This document shows positions 27,499 to 39,800 of a DNA stretch of 64,000 bases, one piece after another; the stretch's first letter is position 1, and each line of letters begins with the position of its first letter. Source of the DNA: Sphyrna mokarran (taxonomy: Eukaryota); contig JAGIQG010000009.1 in NCBI GenBank assembly GCA_024679065.1, positions 107,570,001-107,634,000 on the forward strand, written 5' to 3'. The notes under the pieces are model-generated. The model did not search any database and had not been told where the DNA came from. It saw nothing but the letters and a program-made list of their open reading frames with translations. Made by a program: the position numbers and the translations under genes.

Positions 27499-29339
27499 CT
27501 ATGGAGAAGGGAGCAATTAAATTCAGGAAATAGTTTATTAGATTCACTTTGGCAACTCATCGCAATATTCACTCAGCTTGTTCGCCAGTCTCTTAGACAC
27601 TCGTGCGGGAAGGTTTTCCAGAAGGATAGATACTTGATTGATTGATTACAGTACAAACATACGTAGATGGAAACTGATTGATTGATCGAATATGTTCATT
27701 CCATATTTACTACAAAATGCGTAATGGTTATAATATTTCAGCAATACATGCGGATGATTATCTCGAAATAATCAGTGCAACGAAAGCCTCATTATATTGC
27801 CACACACACAATAGAGAAAATGTAACATGCATTTAATTTATTAGTTCAATGGCATCCCGAACAATTTGTAAAAAAAAAATGCTCCTTTCTTAAAGCAGAA
27901 AGAAACATTGTTCAATGTTTTGGACGATGTAACAATGACATTAAGGAATAGGTAAATTATTGAGTAAAAAGAGAGTCGACATTAGGATTAAAGTCGAACT
28001 AGATGGCCTAAGAAGCGGGATAATTAGTACACATTTAACTGTATGGAATACCACTTCGAATGGCTACCCATTGCACTTAATACATATCAGTTGTTGCTTT
28101 GTGGCATGTATATCTGCATCCACTCACTCAATCCCATAATGTGAGGCTGCGAAATGGGTTTTCCAGATAATCATCTTCATATATTGCTGAAATATAATGG
28201 TTACGCTTTTTGAAGTAAATATGGAATGAAAATATTCGATCAATCAATCAGTTTCCATCTATGCATGTATGTATGTATGTACTTATAATCTATATACCCA
28301 TTGATCTATCCATCCATCCATCTATCTATCTATTCATCCATTTATCCTCTGTCTGTCTTCTACCTGCCTTTCTTTCTATCAATCTAGTCTATCCCTCCAT
28401 TTATCCATCTGCCTCTCTCTGTAACTGTTACTGTGCCTATCAATCTTTGAGTCCATAATATCTCTCGACCTCTGTCCATCTGTCTCCAGTCTGACATACA
28501 CACACATACGCACACGCAAACACATGGATTCTTATTCTTGTACCAAATATACAAACTTACGTTCAACTATTAGTATTGTTCCAGGTCCAAACTCTTTCTC
28601 GCCGAATATTATCTCCACTTGACAATAATAGATGCCTGAGTCATCCTGTTTCACGTTTCTGATCGCGATCGAAGCGTTTTGGTTGGCTTTGAAAGACGGT
28701 CTATCCACCTCGAAAATCCTACCCAAGTATTTTACGGATTTATTTGTCACTCTGATATCTTCGGTTCCATTTTTGATGATTTTATGCCAGGAGAAAGCTC
28801 CGTTCTGTTGAGTGTGAGATGTATTGTAAGTGCAGAGAAGGTAAACTGTCTTTCCCTCTGTTGTCACAATGGAGGGCGGCTTTTGAAACACTTTGATCTT
28901 GCTAGCAGTTGTTGCTGGAAGAAAAATGCTGAAGCCAGTTAATATACAAACTGAGGTAACTCTTCCTTGTATTATTTGCTACAACAGTCAGATTATCAAA
29001 CGTTATATAATTAATTATATCAAATTATTCTCTACTTCATCATTTGCTGGTCATAGTTCAAAAATAATGGGTCGCCCATTTTAGACACAGGTGAGGAAAA
29101 GTTTCTTTTCTCTGAGAGGATCGTGAATCTCTGACATTCACTTCCTTAAGAGGAATTTATTGACTGGCATAACAGGCTCGAGAGGTCAACTGACCTGCAC
29201 TTGCTCCTAATTCGTATTCCCATATACTTCTAGAGTTTGGTTACACAAGGTTGCTAGACAGCACAATAGGTAGTACTAAAGAAAATCACTTACTAAAGAA
29301 TAGTAGCATCGAGGCCCACAGCAGGTCAGCGGGATTCAT
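27296..29339 (-). CDS. NCR3-like: Gene B: NKp30/NCR3-like single-IgV activating-type receptor; coding exons 29294-29339, 28561-28914, 27296-27498; 200 aa
   Basis: Leader MNPADLLWASMLLFF, V exon and TM exon with a Lys (MGVKLAVFAV). Junctions are GT-AG and phase 1, and the 603-nt total is in frame. Confidence 0.88.
27630..28300. repeat. Inverted repeat in gene B intron 2 (arms ~27650-27768 and ~28160-28283)
   Basis: agatggaaactgattgattgatcgaatat.ttcattccatatttac and its reverse complement at ~28215-28260. Confidence 0.85.
28561..28914 (-). CDS. NCR3-like: Gene B VJ-type IgV exon
   Basis: Boundaries tttttcttccag| and GAA C|gtaagt. Encodes KVFQKPPSIVTTEGKTVYLLC..FSWHK..YLGRI..SFKANQNASIAIRNVKQDDSGIYYCQVEIIFGEKEFGPGTILIVE. 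Confidence 0.93.
29294..29339 (-). CDS. Gene B leader exon
   Basis: ATG AAT CCC ... TTC TTT A|gtaagt, phase 1. The acceptor ttttatgatttccag lies 14 nt upstream of the ATG. Confidence 0.83.
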
Positions 29340-29431
29340 TGCTTCACAATGGTCTGGAAATCATAAAACGTATTTTGAAATAGGCAGCATAGTGGCACAT
29401 TGCCCTTCTCCATGTGTTGCCGCTCCTGTTC

Positions 29432-29725
29432 ACACCACACAATATTGCTACGTCAACCTCTTCAAGAAGTGCCAGACCATCGACATGGGTACCACCATCA
29501 CATATGAGAACACCACCCACATAAACTCATACTCATGCCACTCGGCCAACGTTGTCTACTTCATACGATGCAGGAAATTATGTCCTCGGGCATAGCACAT
29601 CGGCAAGACAGTGCAGACCTACTGCAACGGATGAATAGACACTATGCAACAATCGTTAGTCAGGAATGTTCCCTTTTCCTTGGGGAACACTTCAGCAGTT
29701 AAAGGCATTCAGCCTCCGATCTTTG
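29432..29725 (+). mobile_element. Penelope-like GIY-YIG endonuclease fragment
   Basis: SCHSANVVYFIRCRKLCPRA*HIGKT. Confidence 0.8.
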
Positions 29726-29740
29726 TGGGGTGGGGGGTGC

Positions 29741-30035
29741 AATGATTAGTGGTATGGCTAGACTATTAATTAATGTTCTGGGGACCCGGGTTCGAATCCC
29801 GCCACGGCATATGGCAGAATTGGAATTCAATAAATAAAATCTAGAATTAAGCATCTATTGATGACATGGAATCATTGTACATTGTCGGAAAACCCCATCT
29901 GGTCTACACATGACTCCAGATCCGCAGCAGTATGGTTGACTCTCAACTGCCTTCCCAGGACAACTTGGGACGGGCAACAAAAGCTGGTCAACCAGCGACG
30001 GCCATGTCCAATGAATGAATAATAATAATAAAAAA
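29741..30035 (+). mobile_element. Second tRNA-derived SINE family. Other copies at ~80-300(+), 17180-17420(+), 39525-39850(-), 50430-50720(+), 52925-53250(-), 58115-58480(-)
   Basis: ggggacccgggttcgaatccc (B box) ...ccccatctgg...gcaatgtggttgactctcaactgcc...gggcaa.aaa.gctgg tail. Confidence 0.75.
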
Positions 30036-31105
30036 CCTTGATTCTACTTAGAAATCAAGGAATTCACTTTCACCTGTTAACTTAAGAGAGTAGGGGACGA
30101 CAGCGGCACAGTGATTAGCATTGCCGCCTCACAACGCCACGGCCCTGTGTTTAATTCCGGCCCAGGTGACTATCTGTGTGGAGTTTGCACGTTCTCTTCT
30201 TGTCTGTTTGGCTTCCTCCCACACTCCAAAGATGCGTGGGTTAGGTGGGCTGCGCATGATAAATTGCTCCTTAGTATCAGAGGGATTAGCAGGATAAATA
30301 CAAGGGGCTATTGTGATAGGGCCTGAATGGGATTGTTATCGGTGGAGACTCGATGGTTCGAATGGCTTCCTTCTGCACTAAAGAGGTTCTATGATTCATT
30401 CCATGACATAACATTACTGATTTTCTAACGTATTGATTTCTCCGTTATGTCTATCCATCTAATGACTACTCCCCTGCTTTGTCTCCCTCTGATGAAGGAA
30501 CACCTCTGCAGATTCTCCATTTACCCTGTCTAGAGCGCCTATTGAAGACATAGCGAGGGATATTTATATATTCCATGCACTTTTCCCTACAGAGAGATTG
30601 CGGCACATTAATAATGATCTTGAAATATGTATGTTTCTAGCAATAATGCATATAAAACATGCATTCAATTGATAATATAGAATTTATCTTAAGCGCACTT
30701 TTAACGAACATTGATTTTTAAACTGAAGCCACAACCCACCGATTCTACTTTCAAAATGGTTCGGAGGTTGCAGGAGTAACTGTTTTCACTTCTTCCAGTC
30801 GTATTAAATAAAGGAGAATCGCTGATCGAATGGACTTGCCTTCAGAGATACAAGGATAATAACTGTCTGTCACTCGCTTTTCCGAAGGTAGGTCGGACAG
30901 CCTGCATTCCCTCCACCAACATTGTTCACACTGAGTAATGTTAGTCGCCAGCAGCCAAAAGGTGAACAAGTCACTTTCAACCAGGTCAAATCGAAAGCTT
31001 CATGAAGCGGATGCAGCAACCCCGCAGGGGAATGCTCATCCAATCGTCTTCATCGATTCCTTGCGAATGTATAGTTGGTGGGGAACGGGGGTATGTCACA
31101 CGTTG

Positions 31106-31500
31106 CAAGAACAAAGAACTGTATAGAAGAGGAATAGGCCCTTCGACCCTCCAAGCCTGCACCAATCACGTTGTTCTATCTATACCAACCGCTTATATCT
31201 CTCTATCCCTGGTCTGTTCACGTATCTTTCCAGATAAGTCTTAAATGTCGCTAACGTACCTGTCTCAATCACCTCATTGGTAGTGTATTCCAGGCTCCCA
31301 CTACCCTCTGTGTAAAACCTTCCCCCGCACACCTCCTCTGAACCTTTCCCCCTTACCTTGAACTTGCGCCGCCTTCTGATTGTCACTTCTGTCCAGAAGA
31401 AAAGCTTCCAACTGTTCACCTTATTTATGCTCCTTATAACCATCCCTCACGTCGCCCCTCAGCCCCTGTCTTTCCAGGGAGAACAAGTCCAATTTATTGA
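31106..31500 (-). mobile_element. CR1 3' fragment
   Basis: TFKTYLERYVNRPGIERY motif and CR1-type tail. Confidence 0.75.
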
Positions 31501-33829
31501 ATCTTTCGATCATCTGCCACACGAAATGCACCGTCAACTTGCGTGCGAATTACATGGCTGCAAAGCAATGCGGTGAAGGTTGGGGAAATTACAGCTATAG
31601 ATATTATAATGAGGAAATAGATATCGAAATGCAGCCAATCAGTTGCGGTTAAATCGAAAATGCGGGTTGTAATTGCTTCAACAGATAACTGTGACCTAAT
31701 TTGGGAAATCCGGTGTGCGAAGCTGGGAGAATGCTTCCGCATTTTGGTAATGCACAATCTCTAATGGGAAGAATGCTTACGCATTCTGGTAATACACAAT
31801 CTCTAAAGGGAAATCGCATCAGAGAATCACAGAACTATTAGAGCGCAAAAGCAGGCCATTTGGATCATCCTACCTGCATCGGCTCTTTGCAAGAATAATT
31901 CGCCTAACTCACTTTTCCCGCCTTAAAGCTATTATCTTGAATATTCTTCCTTTTCTGATGCCTGCCTGCTTTGAATGCTCCCTCCACCCAACTCGCTTAA
32001 GTGCTTTTAGTTCTTTCCCCATTGATCTACAATTTAAAAGAAGATTGATTGTCTAGCTCTTTTATGCATTGAATTGTTGATGGGAGAAATTGAAATAGAA
32101 ATGGGAAAATTATCGAGTTTGTGTAGCGCCTTCCCGCCATAGGGCGTCCCAAGGAAATGTGCCTCCAATTCTGTACTTTCTCAGTTGTTTTCTGTAATGT
32201 AAGAAACGCGTCTTCGAGTTACCTGCCAATATGTTAGAGTCTTGTAGATTTGGAAGAGGCCCTCCCCTCCATCATGCCATCAAATGTCTAGTTTTGGAAT
32301 CCCATTTTCCAGCACTTGCTCCCTAGCCTCGTATTCTATGACATTTCAAGTGTTCATCCAAATACTTTTCAAATATTTAGAATATTGTGAGTTTGTCCAT
32401 ACCTACACTATTTCAGGCAGTGAATTCTAGATTCCCACCACCCTCTGTGCAAGCTTTTCTTCAGATCCCCTTTTAGTCTCCTTCCCTGACTTGATTTGAA
32501 AGATTTAGTTCTAGAGAAAGATTGTAATAAAGAGCAGATGATCTCCTGTCAGAAAATTCCTGAGTAGTGAATATTGATGTAGACTTCAGGGAGAATTCAC
32601 CCTCTTCTTCTAAAGCCGGAGAGAGATTAAGTGAGGTTTTTAAATATTTGTTATTTCACATGTAATCTGTATTGCTCATTATCTTTCCAGATACTTAGTT
32701 TAGTATAATGAGCAAAGTCGATTCAAATTCACTTACAGAAACTTCAGTTAAGTTGACACATTAAGTACCAAAACTCGAAACGTATAACGTTAACTCCTTC
32801 ACATCAATTCTCTAACATTAACTTTAAGTTTTAACGTTAACTCTTTAATTTACTCTTTTATTGAAAATGAGTGCTATCCTGACTTTTGAACGAACAGCCC
32901 AGGTCAGTTCTTGGTGTAACTTCTTCCTCGGGGTTGTCAACTCTGAAGATATTCTTCAGGGCGCACTTGCGATGGTGGAATTCGAGTTGTCACTGGAAGC
33001 AAAGGCTGAAACGCTATTCTTTATCCCCAAACTCTCCCAATCTTTAAGTTCCCTGGGACTCAGCCAACTACATCATCTGAAACCGATCACAATGTTTGAT
33101 CGTGGCCAATGAAATCATTTGTACACAACTCCATAATGTTTATCCCAAACTGCACACAGGTCACATCGCATTAAGTATATACGGACATTGTGGGAAACCT
33201 TGGTGATAGGAAGTCTAGCATAATCCAAATAACTTCCCTTATTTGGTCAACACAGAAAGTATGAGGTCACTTTCTACAGAACAGGTCAGGCTTACAGCAG
33301 CCTTCCAAGCTGCATCTGTTTAATTATAATTTGGCCAAAGTTCGCAGGATTCTTGTTTCTCGTTGTCACAATTGCTCTTACAACTAATATTTCCGTAGTT
33401 GTTGTCGTGGTCGTTGTTGTAGTTGCCCTTCTGGGCACACATGGGATATGGGCGTCGGTGGCAAGCCCAGTATTTATTGCTCATCCCAAATCTCCTTTCA
33501 GAATATAATGGTGAGCCGCCTTGTTGGACTGTTGTGATCTATGTTGTGTGGACATATCGACTGTGATGTCAGAAAGGCAGTTCTGGGTCATCCTACCAGC
33601 AATTGTAGAAGAATAATGCCATTGTTTCAAATCGGATTGTGTTTGGGAACTTGAAGGTGGTTATGTTTCCATGCATCTGCCGTCATTGTACTTTGAGGCG
33701 CTGGTATGCTGTACTTCGAGGTGGTGATGTCCTCTTGAAGAAGCTTCAGGGAATTGTTGTGGCGCATCTTCTAGATGTTACTCTTGTTGCCTTTGTGTTT
33801 TGATAGTGGAGAGGTGGATGACAAGGAAG

Positions 33830-34345
33830 TCGTGTCATAATTGTATAGAGTTTTGGCACGAACGTGCCACACAGCGCAGGATACTAGTCTCTGTATCTAA
33901 AGGGTGATGCTTTGGAAAAGATACAGTGAAGATTCAATAGATTATTTCCTGGAATGAATGAATTGTTCTATGATGTGACACTGGGTAAATTTGTCCTGTA
34001 CTCATTGGAATTTAGTAGAGTGTGAGGTAATTTATTGAAACATGCAAAATTTAAAAGAAGGTTCTTATGGTAGACACTCAAAAACGGGCAATCTAGAGGG
34101 GGGAGCAGTCTCAGGATAGGGGATTATTAAGGCAGGAAATGAGGATATCTTGTCACTCAGCTGAATGGATATCCTTGGGACTCTCTGTCGCCACCTCTCG
34201 GTGGTACAAAAGTAATCAAAGGATGTGGGGATGGTCAAGAAACTGGAGGTGAGGCCGATCAATCATGATCATCTTCAATAGCGGAGTGGGCTTGAGGGGC
34301 CATATTGTCTACAGCTGCTCTTATTTCTTATGATCTTGTGGTTTG
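33830..34345 (+). mobile_element. Degraded CR1 3' fragment
   Basis: Remnants tgtactcattggaatttag and ttattgaaaca, with a CR1-type tail. Confidence 0.6.
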
Positions 34346-34529
34346 TTATCAGAGTGTCCCGGTACAAAGGACCCAGAGAGTCAACCTACAGCTACTTAGA
34401 AAGACAAAAGACATGTTGGGCTTTATTGCATTTGGGGCTAGAATACTAGAACAGAGAACTGTTTCTCTGGTGAGAACACAGTCGCAGCAGTGAGTTTACA
34501 TAAAGGTTTAACAAATAGGATATATGCTA

Positions 34530-35180
34530 ATGTATAATGATACAGTGGTGGCTCTAGTTAGACATGGGCTAGTTGGAAGCGAAGTTGGAATCTTGCCTCG
34601 GAGTGGCATGTATACTCCATAACTTGTTTAAATGTGGTATTAATAAACAAGAGGTAAGCAGCTAACAGGGGATGTCTACACACTGTCTAAGCAGCAAGTC
34701 CCACGCTTTGTGTCCAAGACAGAAGGATCAATCTGAAAACATGGTGACAGCCATGGATATACCAATGTAAAGTAAAAACACATCGGTGCTACTAAACGAA
34801 ACTCAGAGTGAAGGGAGCTTTGAAATCAGCTGGATAGGTTTCTACAGTAGAAGGAGACACTATGGAGAGAAGTAACGATGACAGTAACCACTGAGCACCC
34901 TGCCTTGGGGAAGTATGTAGTGTTCATTCAGATTGTTGGTTACTGACACATCAAATTGAAGGCTTCAACAAAATTTTACAACATTGATACTGGGAGCGGC
35001 TGCCAACATACGAGCGATTGAATTCGACTGGCTTTAGGTGGTGACACCTATCCCTCAGACGTAATTTACAAGGTGCAGGCAGTCCTGATCTTCAAATAAA
35101 AGGCACGATTATTGCTGCTCTGAGCCTAAGATATTGGCGCTATTCATAACCAGCGTTGAATGGCTAAGTTTGATTACTTC
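34530..35180 (+). mobile_element. Degraded Gypsy-like LTR retroelement remnant
   Basis: TG...CA LTR-like block with AATAAA, followed by a primer-binding-site-like TGGTGACAGC and an attgatactgggagcggctgcc (IDTGA-like protease) remnant. Confidence 0.4.
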
Positions 35181-35269
35181 AAGGAATTACAGACAAAACA
35201 ACTGATGTTTGCCATTTAGGCCACTCATTGTCATTCGTGTACAATTCATCTTTTACTTATAGGAGTGAG

Positions 35270-36435
35270 AGTTTATTTATTAATGTCATAGATAGGTTAT
35301 ATTAACACCTCCATGAAGTTACCGTGAAAATCCCCTAGTCGTCACACCAGGGAAGCACCGTGCCACATTGGTTGGCACTGCTGCCTCACAATACCATTCG
35401 ATTCTCTGCTTGGGCCACTGCCTGTGTGGAGTTTGCACATCATCACCATGTCTGAGTGGGTTTCCTCCGGGTGCTCCGGTTTCCTCCCACAGTCCGAAAG
35501 ATGTGCTAGTTAGATGTTTTGGCCGTGCTAAATTCTCCGTCAGCTTAGCCGAACAGGCGTGAAAAATTCAAGTTTATTTCTTATTGACATGGGCAGGCTT
35601 ACAGTAACACTACAATGACGTTTTTATGAAAAACCCCTAGTGGTCACCTTCGGGTGGCACTGTGCCAGCTGTTGATTCCGAGCTTGGGCCACTGCCTATG
35701 CGGAGTTTGCAGGTTCTCCCCAAGTCTGCTCGGCTTTCCTCCCACAGTCTGAAAGACGTGCTGTTTAGATGCATTGGCCATGCTAAGTTCTCATTTCGTC
35801 TTCCCCGACAGGGGGCTAGACGGTGGCAACGGGGGGTTTTTCGAAGCAACTTCAGTGCAGTGCTAATGTAAGCCTTCTTGTGACGCTAATAAATAAACTT
35901 TAACTCCGCCACCTTGTCTGGGTACACTGAGGGAGAAGTTAGGATGGCCACTGCACCGAACCAGAATGTCTTTTGGACTGTAGGACGCCGACAAGGGAGA
36001 ATGCGCAGAGTCCGTGCAGACGTGATCCAAGTCGGGAATAAACCCTTGTAAATTAGCACTACTAACCACTGTGTCAGCACTTCAAAATTCAGTCTTCAGT
36101 AGGTGAAAAGCGCACTGCGGTAAACACTGCTGTCTCACAGCGCCAGGACCCACGTTAAGTTCCGGCTTTGGGTGTCTGTGTGGAGTTTGTACGTTCTCTC
36201 CGTATCCGTGTGCAGAAAGAGGCCACTCGGCCCATCGAGTCTGCACCGACAGCAATCCCACCCCCGGCCTTATTCCCGTAATCCCACACATTTACCCCTC
36301 CAATCCCCCTAACACTAAGAGGCAATTTAGCATGGCCAATCAACCTCACTCGTATGTCTTTGTAGTGCGTGTCGGGCGGGGGTGGGTAGGGGGAACTGGA
36401 GCACCGGAGGAAATTCACATAGATATGGAGAGGAT
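35270..36435. mobile_element. Dense pile of five or more V-SINE pieces in both orientations, just downstream of gene C
   Basis: Repeated V-domain and tail motifs on both strands. Confidence 0.75.
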
Positions 36436-36484
36436 TGTGTAAAGCAAGAGCAACAATGTCAGTAAAATCTAAGCTAGTAGGTTA

Positions 36485-36490
36485 TTTATT
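36485..36490 (-). terminator. Candidate poly(A) signal of gene C
   Basis: AATAAA about 90 nt after the TAG stop on the minus strand. Confidence 0.5.
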
Positions 36491-36579
36491 CATCTTTCCA
36501 ATGGATATTGGACATCAAATTAACTGGTTAAAATTGACAAAATGCTTTCCATTAAAGAATGGACATGTTAAAACAGACG

Positions 36580-36834
36580 CTACACTCTCACTCTCCCGTA
36601 CACTGTTTGTTCTTCATTCCTTCCTCGGGTTTCCAAAGACTCCAACGGAATTGAAGCCTTCAATGGTGCGTACACAACAGATTCTTCACTGCTGTCTGGG
36701 AGTGGCGTCGCCCGAGTCTCTCTTGGCTTTTTCCTCTGAACCGGTGCCCTGACCCTCTCATACACAGTCCTGTCAGTAGGCGGGCGGCTGATGTTCAGCT
36801 TTGCATAGACGAGAGTTTCCGATATGTCTTCCTC
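36580..36834 (-). CDS. Gene C terminal exon with ITIM-ITSM-ITIM-ITSM
   Basis: ctaatttaag|GAG GAA GAC... encodes EEDISETLVYAKLNISRPPTDRTVYERVRAPVQRKKPRETRATPLPDSSEESVVYAPLKASIPLESLETRGRNEEQTVYGRVRV*. Confidence 0.88.
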   Translation of the reverse strand, partial: EEDISETLVYAKLNISRPPTDRTVYERVRAPVQRKKPRETRATPLPDSSEESVVYAPLKASIPLESLETRGRNEEQTVYGRVRV

Positions 36835-39800
36835 CTTAAATTAGCATAAAGAACAATGAGAAGAACAGCACAGGAACAGGCCCCTTGACCTTTCAAGCGC
36901 AGGTCATGATGCCTGAACTAAACTAAAAAACTCTCCTACCTTTATTCGGTCCGTATCTCTCCATTCTCTCCCTATTCCTGTACTCATCCAAGATGCCTCT
37001 TAAGTATTACTAATGTGTTTGCTTCCGTCACCTCCTCCAGCAGCCCGTTCCAGACACCCATCGGGCCCTGCCGGAATAAAACCTCCCCCCCCCCACATCT
37101 CCTTTAAACTTTCTCTTCCTCCCCCTGAATCTGTGCCCCTTCGTAATTGACACTTCCACCCTTGGAAAAAGACCCCGACTATTTACCCTGCCCAAGCTTC
37201 TCGTAATTTTGTAGATCTCTATCAGGTGTCTCCTCAGCCTCCGTCTTTCCAGTGAAAATAATCCTAGCTTATCCACCTCTTCTAATTTCCAACACCCTCG
37301 CGACCAGGCAACATTCTGATGAATTAAGGAGATGATTTATTCCAAAATGTGATAAGAAGGACGATCAGATCACCCAGGTTATGAAGTATACAAACGATAC
37401 TGCAGTATCACTAATGTTTAATTCTACTGAGCTATTGGTATTGGTTTCGATTAAAAAGTATTTTTCTCACATCACAAATACAATGCAGAGAAATCAATGT
37501 TACTTAAAATCCCGACGGTTTTGGCAAATAGCCATTGCAAGCATGTTCTGATATTTAGTTCGGATTGGGTTTCATCCCTAACAGTACTCCGGGTATGCCT
37601 ACATCTCAGGGACTTCCGACTTTCAAAAGAGCAACTCACTAGCACCTTCTGGATGGCAATTAGGGATGGACAATAAATGTTGGCCTAGCAGCGACGCCCC
37701 TATCCGCTAAACAAATTAAAACAAATGAACCGTGTTCGCTATTCATGATCTGCTGAAAATAATTTCCATAGCTTCATTCACAGCAGCATACATGCAGTGC
37801 TTTGCACTGTTGACTCACTACAGGAGAGAGCCGGGTTCGGTTCCAGCCTTGGGTGACTGTGTGGGTTGTGCACGTTCTCCCCGTGTCTTCGTGTGTTCCC
37901 TCCAGTGCTCCCGCTTCCTCCTATAGTCCAAAGATATACTGGATAGGTGGATTTGCCCTGTTAAATTGTCCTTTAGTGTCAAAAGATGTGTAGGTTATGT
38001 AGATTATCTATGCTAAATTGCCGCTTAGTGTCCAAAGATATACAGGTTAGATGGATTGGCCATGTTAAATTGCCTTTTAGTGTCTAAAGATATGTAGGTT
38101 AGCGGTATCAACGGGTGTAAGTAAATGGAGTTACAGAGATTGGATGAGGGAGGGGGGTACTGAATAAGATGCTCTTCGGAAGGTTGGTGCAGACTTGATG
38201 GACTAAATGAGCCTCCTTCTACAGTGCAGCGATTCTATGAATAGAATTATGCAAAAGTTAGTGATATCATAAAAAGGATATTCTTTTCTGGCTGTTGCCG
38301 AAAAAAAACACACATTCAAAGAAATCTTTCGTTAATGATCGCCGTACAATCATTATGAGTGTCGTTTTCCAGTGGCCAGTTGGCATTCATCGTGGGAATT
38401 GGACAGTTAGCTGGTAAACTGATCAGTATGTTTCCCCAATTTGACGCTGCCGATTACGTACAGGGCAAAAAATCTCAATTTGAATTCGTAATCGGTTGCA
38501 CGAAAGGTTTTGTAAGTTCTAGTAGGTCAGCACTCTGTCGCCTTCGAGACTGAAGTTCAGTTGAAGCCTACAGCGGTGAGCCGAAGGCGCAACTGAGTCT
38601 CAACTTTGCGAGTGTCAACCTTGCCCTGTACTGTGTGGCACAAGCAACAGCTGGAGCTGTAATGCCTTGCTGGAGACGATTTGCAGAGAATGCAGTCTCT
38701 ATATGCAGTCTATAGCCATACCAGTCTGAAAATGCCCAATCTAGTCTGATTTTGGAAAGCTAAGCAGACTCAGGTCTAGTTAGTACTTGGATGGGTGACT
38801 TTCTGGGAATACCAGATGCAGAGAGCTTTTGGTGGCACAGCGGTTAGCACGGATGCCTCACAGCACCGGGGACCTGGATTTGATTCTCACTTGGGTCACT
38901 GTCTGTGTGGGGTTTGTACTTTCTTCCCGTGTATGCAAGCGTTTGCTGCCGTTCCCTCCCGCACTCCAAGGATGTGCGGGTTAGGTGGATTAGCCACGCT
39001 AACTTGCCCCTTAGGAGTGGGGGGGGGGGTTAGTTAGGAGAAATGCATGAGGTTATAGGGATGTAACCTGAGTGGGATTGTGGTCGGTGCAAATTCGATG
39101 GGCCAAATGGCTTCCTTCTACACTGTAGATTCTATGATTTAAATAGTCTGCATGAGGATGTCACTGAAATCAGGTCTATTTAACATTAACTTTCCAAATG
39201 CAAAAAAGAAACAAACTATCATCAAAATTGTTTGCTGGCCATTCGCTGAATATGAAGAAGGAAGAAACTATCTTGATTAAGATGAGAACAGAGAGGCTGG
39301 GCAAATTTTGGAGAGAGAATTGATAAACATGACTTGGTATTGTTCATGGCTCGGTGTGTAGGGAAAGTCAGGAAAAGTAGTAGTCAAGTTAATGATTGAT
39401 TTGCATCAGGGATTGAAATGTTTGCATTCTTGTGGGTTGATGACCAGTGAATAAGGATGTCGTCTATTCTTCAGTGATATCGAATAAGATGCTTATTTGC
39501 AGCCAATGTGGATGTTGCATGTTTTTTTATTAATTCGTGGGACGTAGGCGTCGCTGGCTGGCTATTTATTTTCCATCCCTTGCTGCCCGAGGGCAGTTGA
39601 GAGTAAACCATATTGCTGTGGCTCTGGAGTCACATGTAGGCCAGACCAGGTAAGAATTTCCTTCCTAAAAGGACCTAAAACCACATGGACAATCGACCAT
39701 GGCTTCATGGTCATCAGTATGTTCTTAATTTCAGATTTTTTGGAACTTAGTGTGAAATTCCGGGATTCGAAGCATCATCCACAGAAGATTAGTTGAGCTT

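Noticed and set aside
31725-31812. Short two-copy tandem duplications (also ~6734-6818) as a CRISPR-like or functional array
   Set aside because: They are simple tandem duplications without spacers in eukaryotic DNA.
38708-38830. Functional 5S rRNA gene
   Set aside because: It is a single, heavily substituted copy outside any tandem array and is fused to a SINE.
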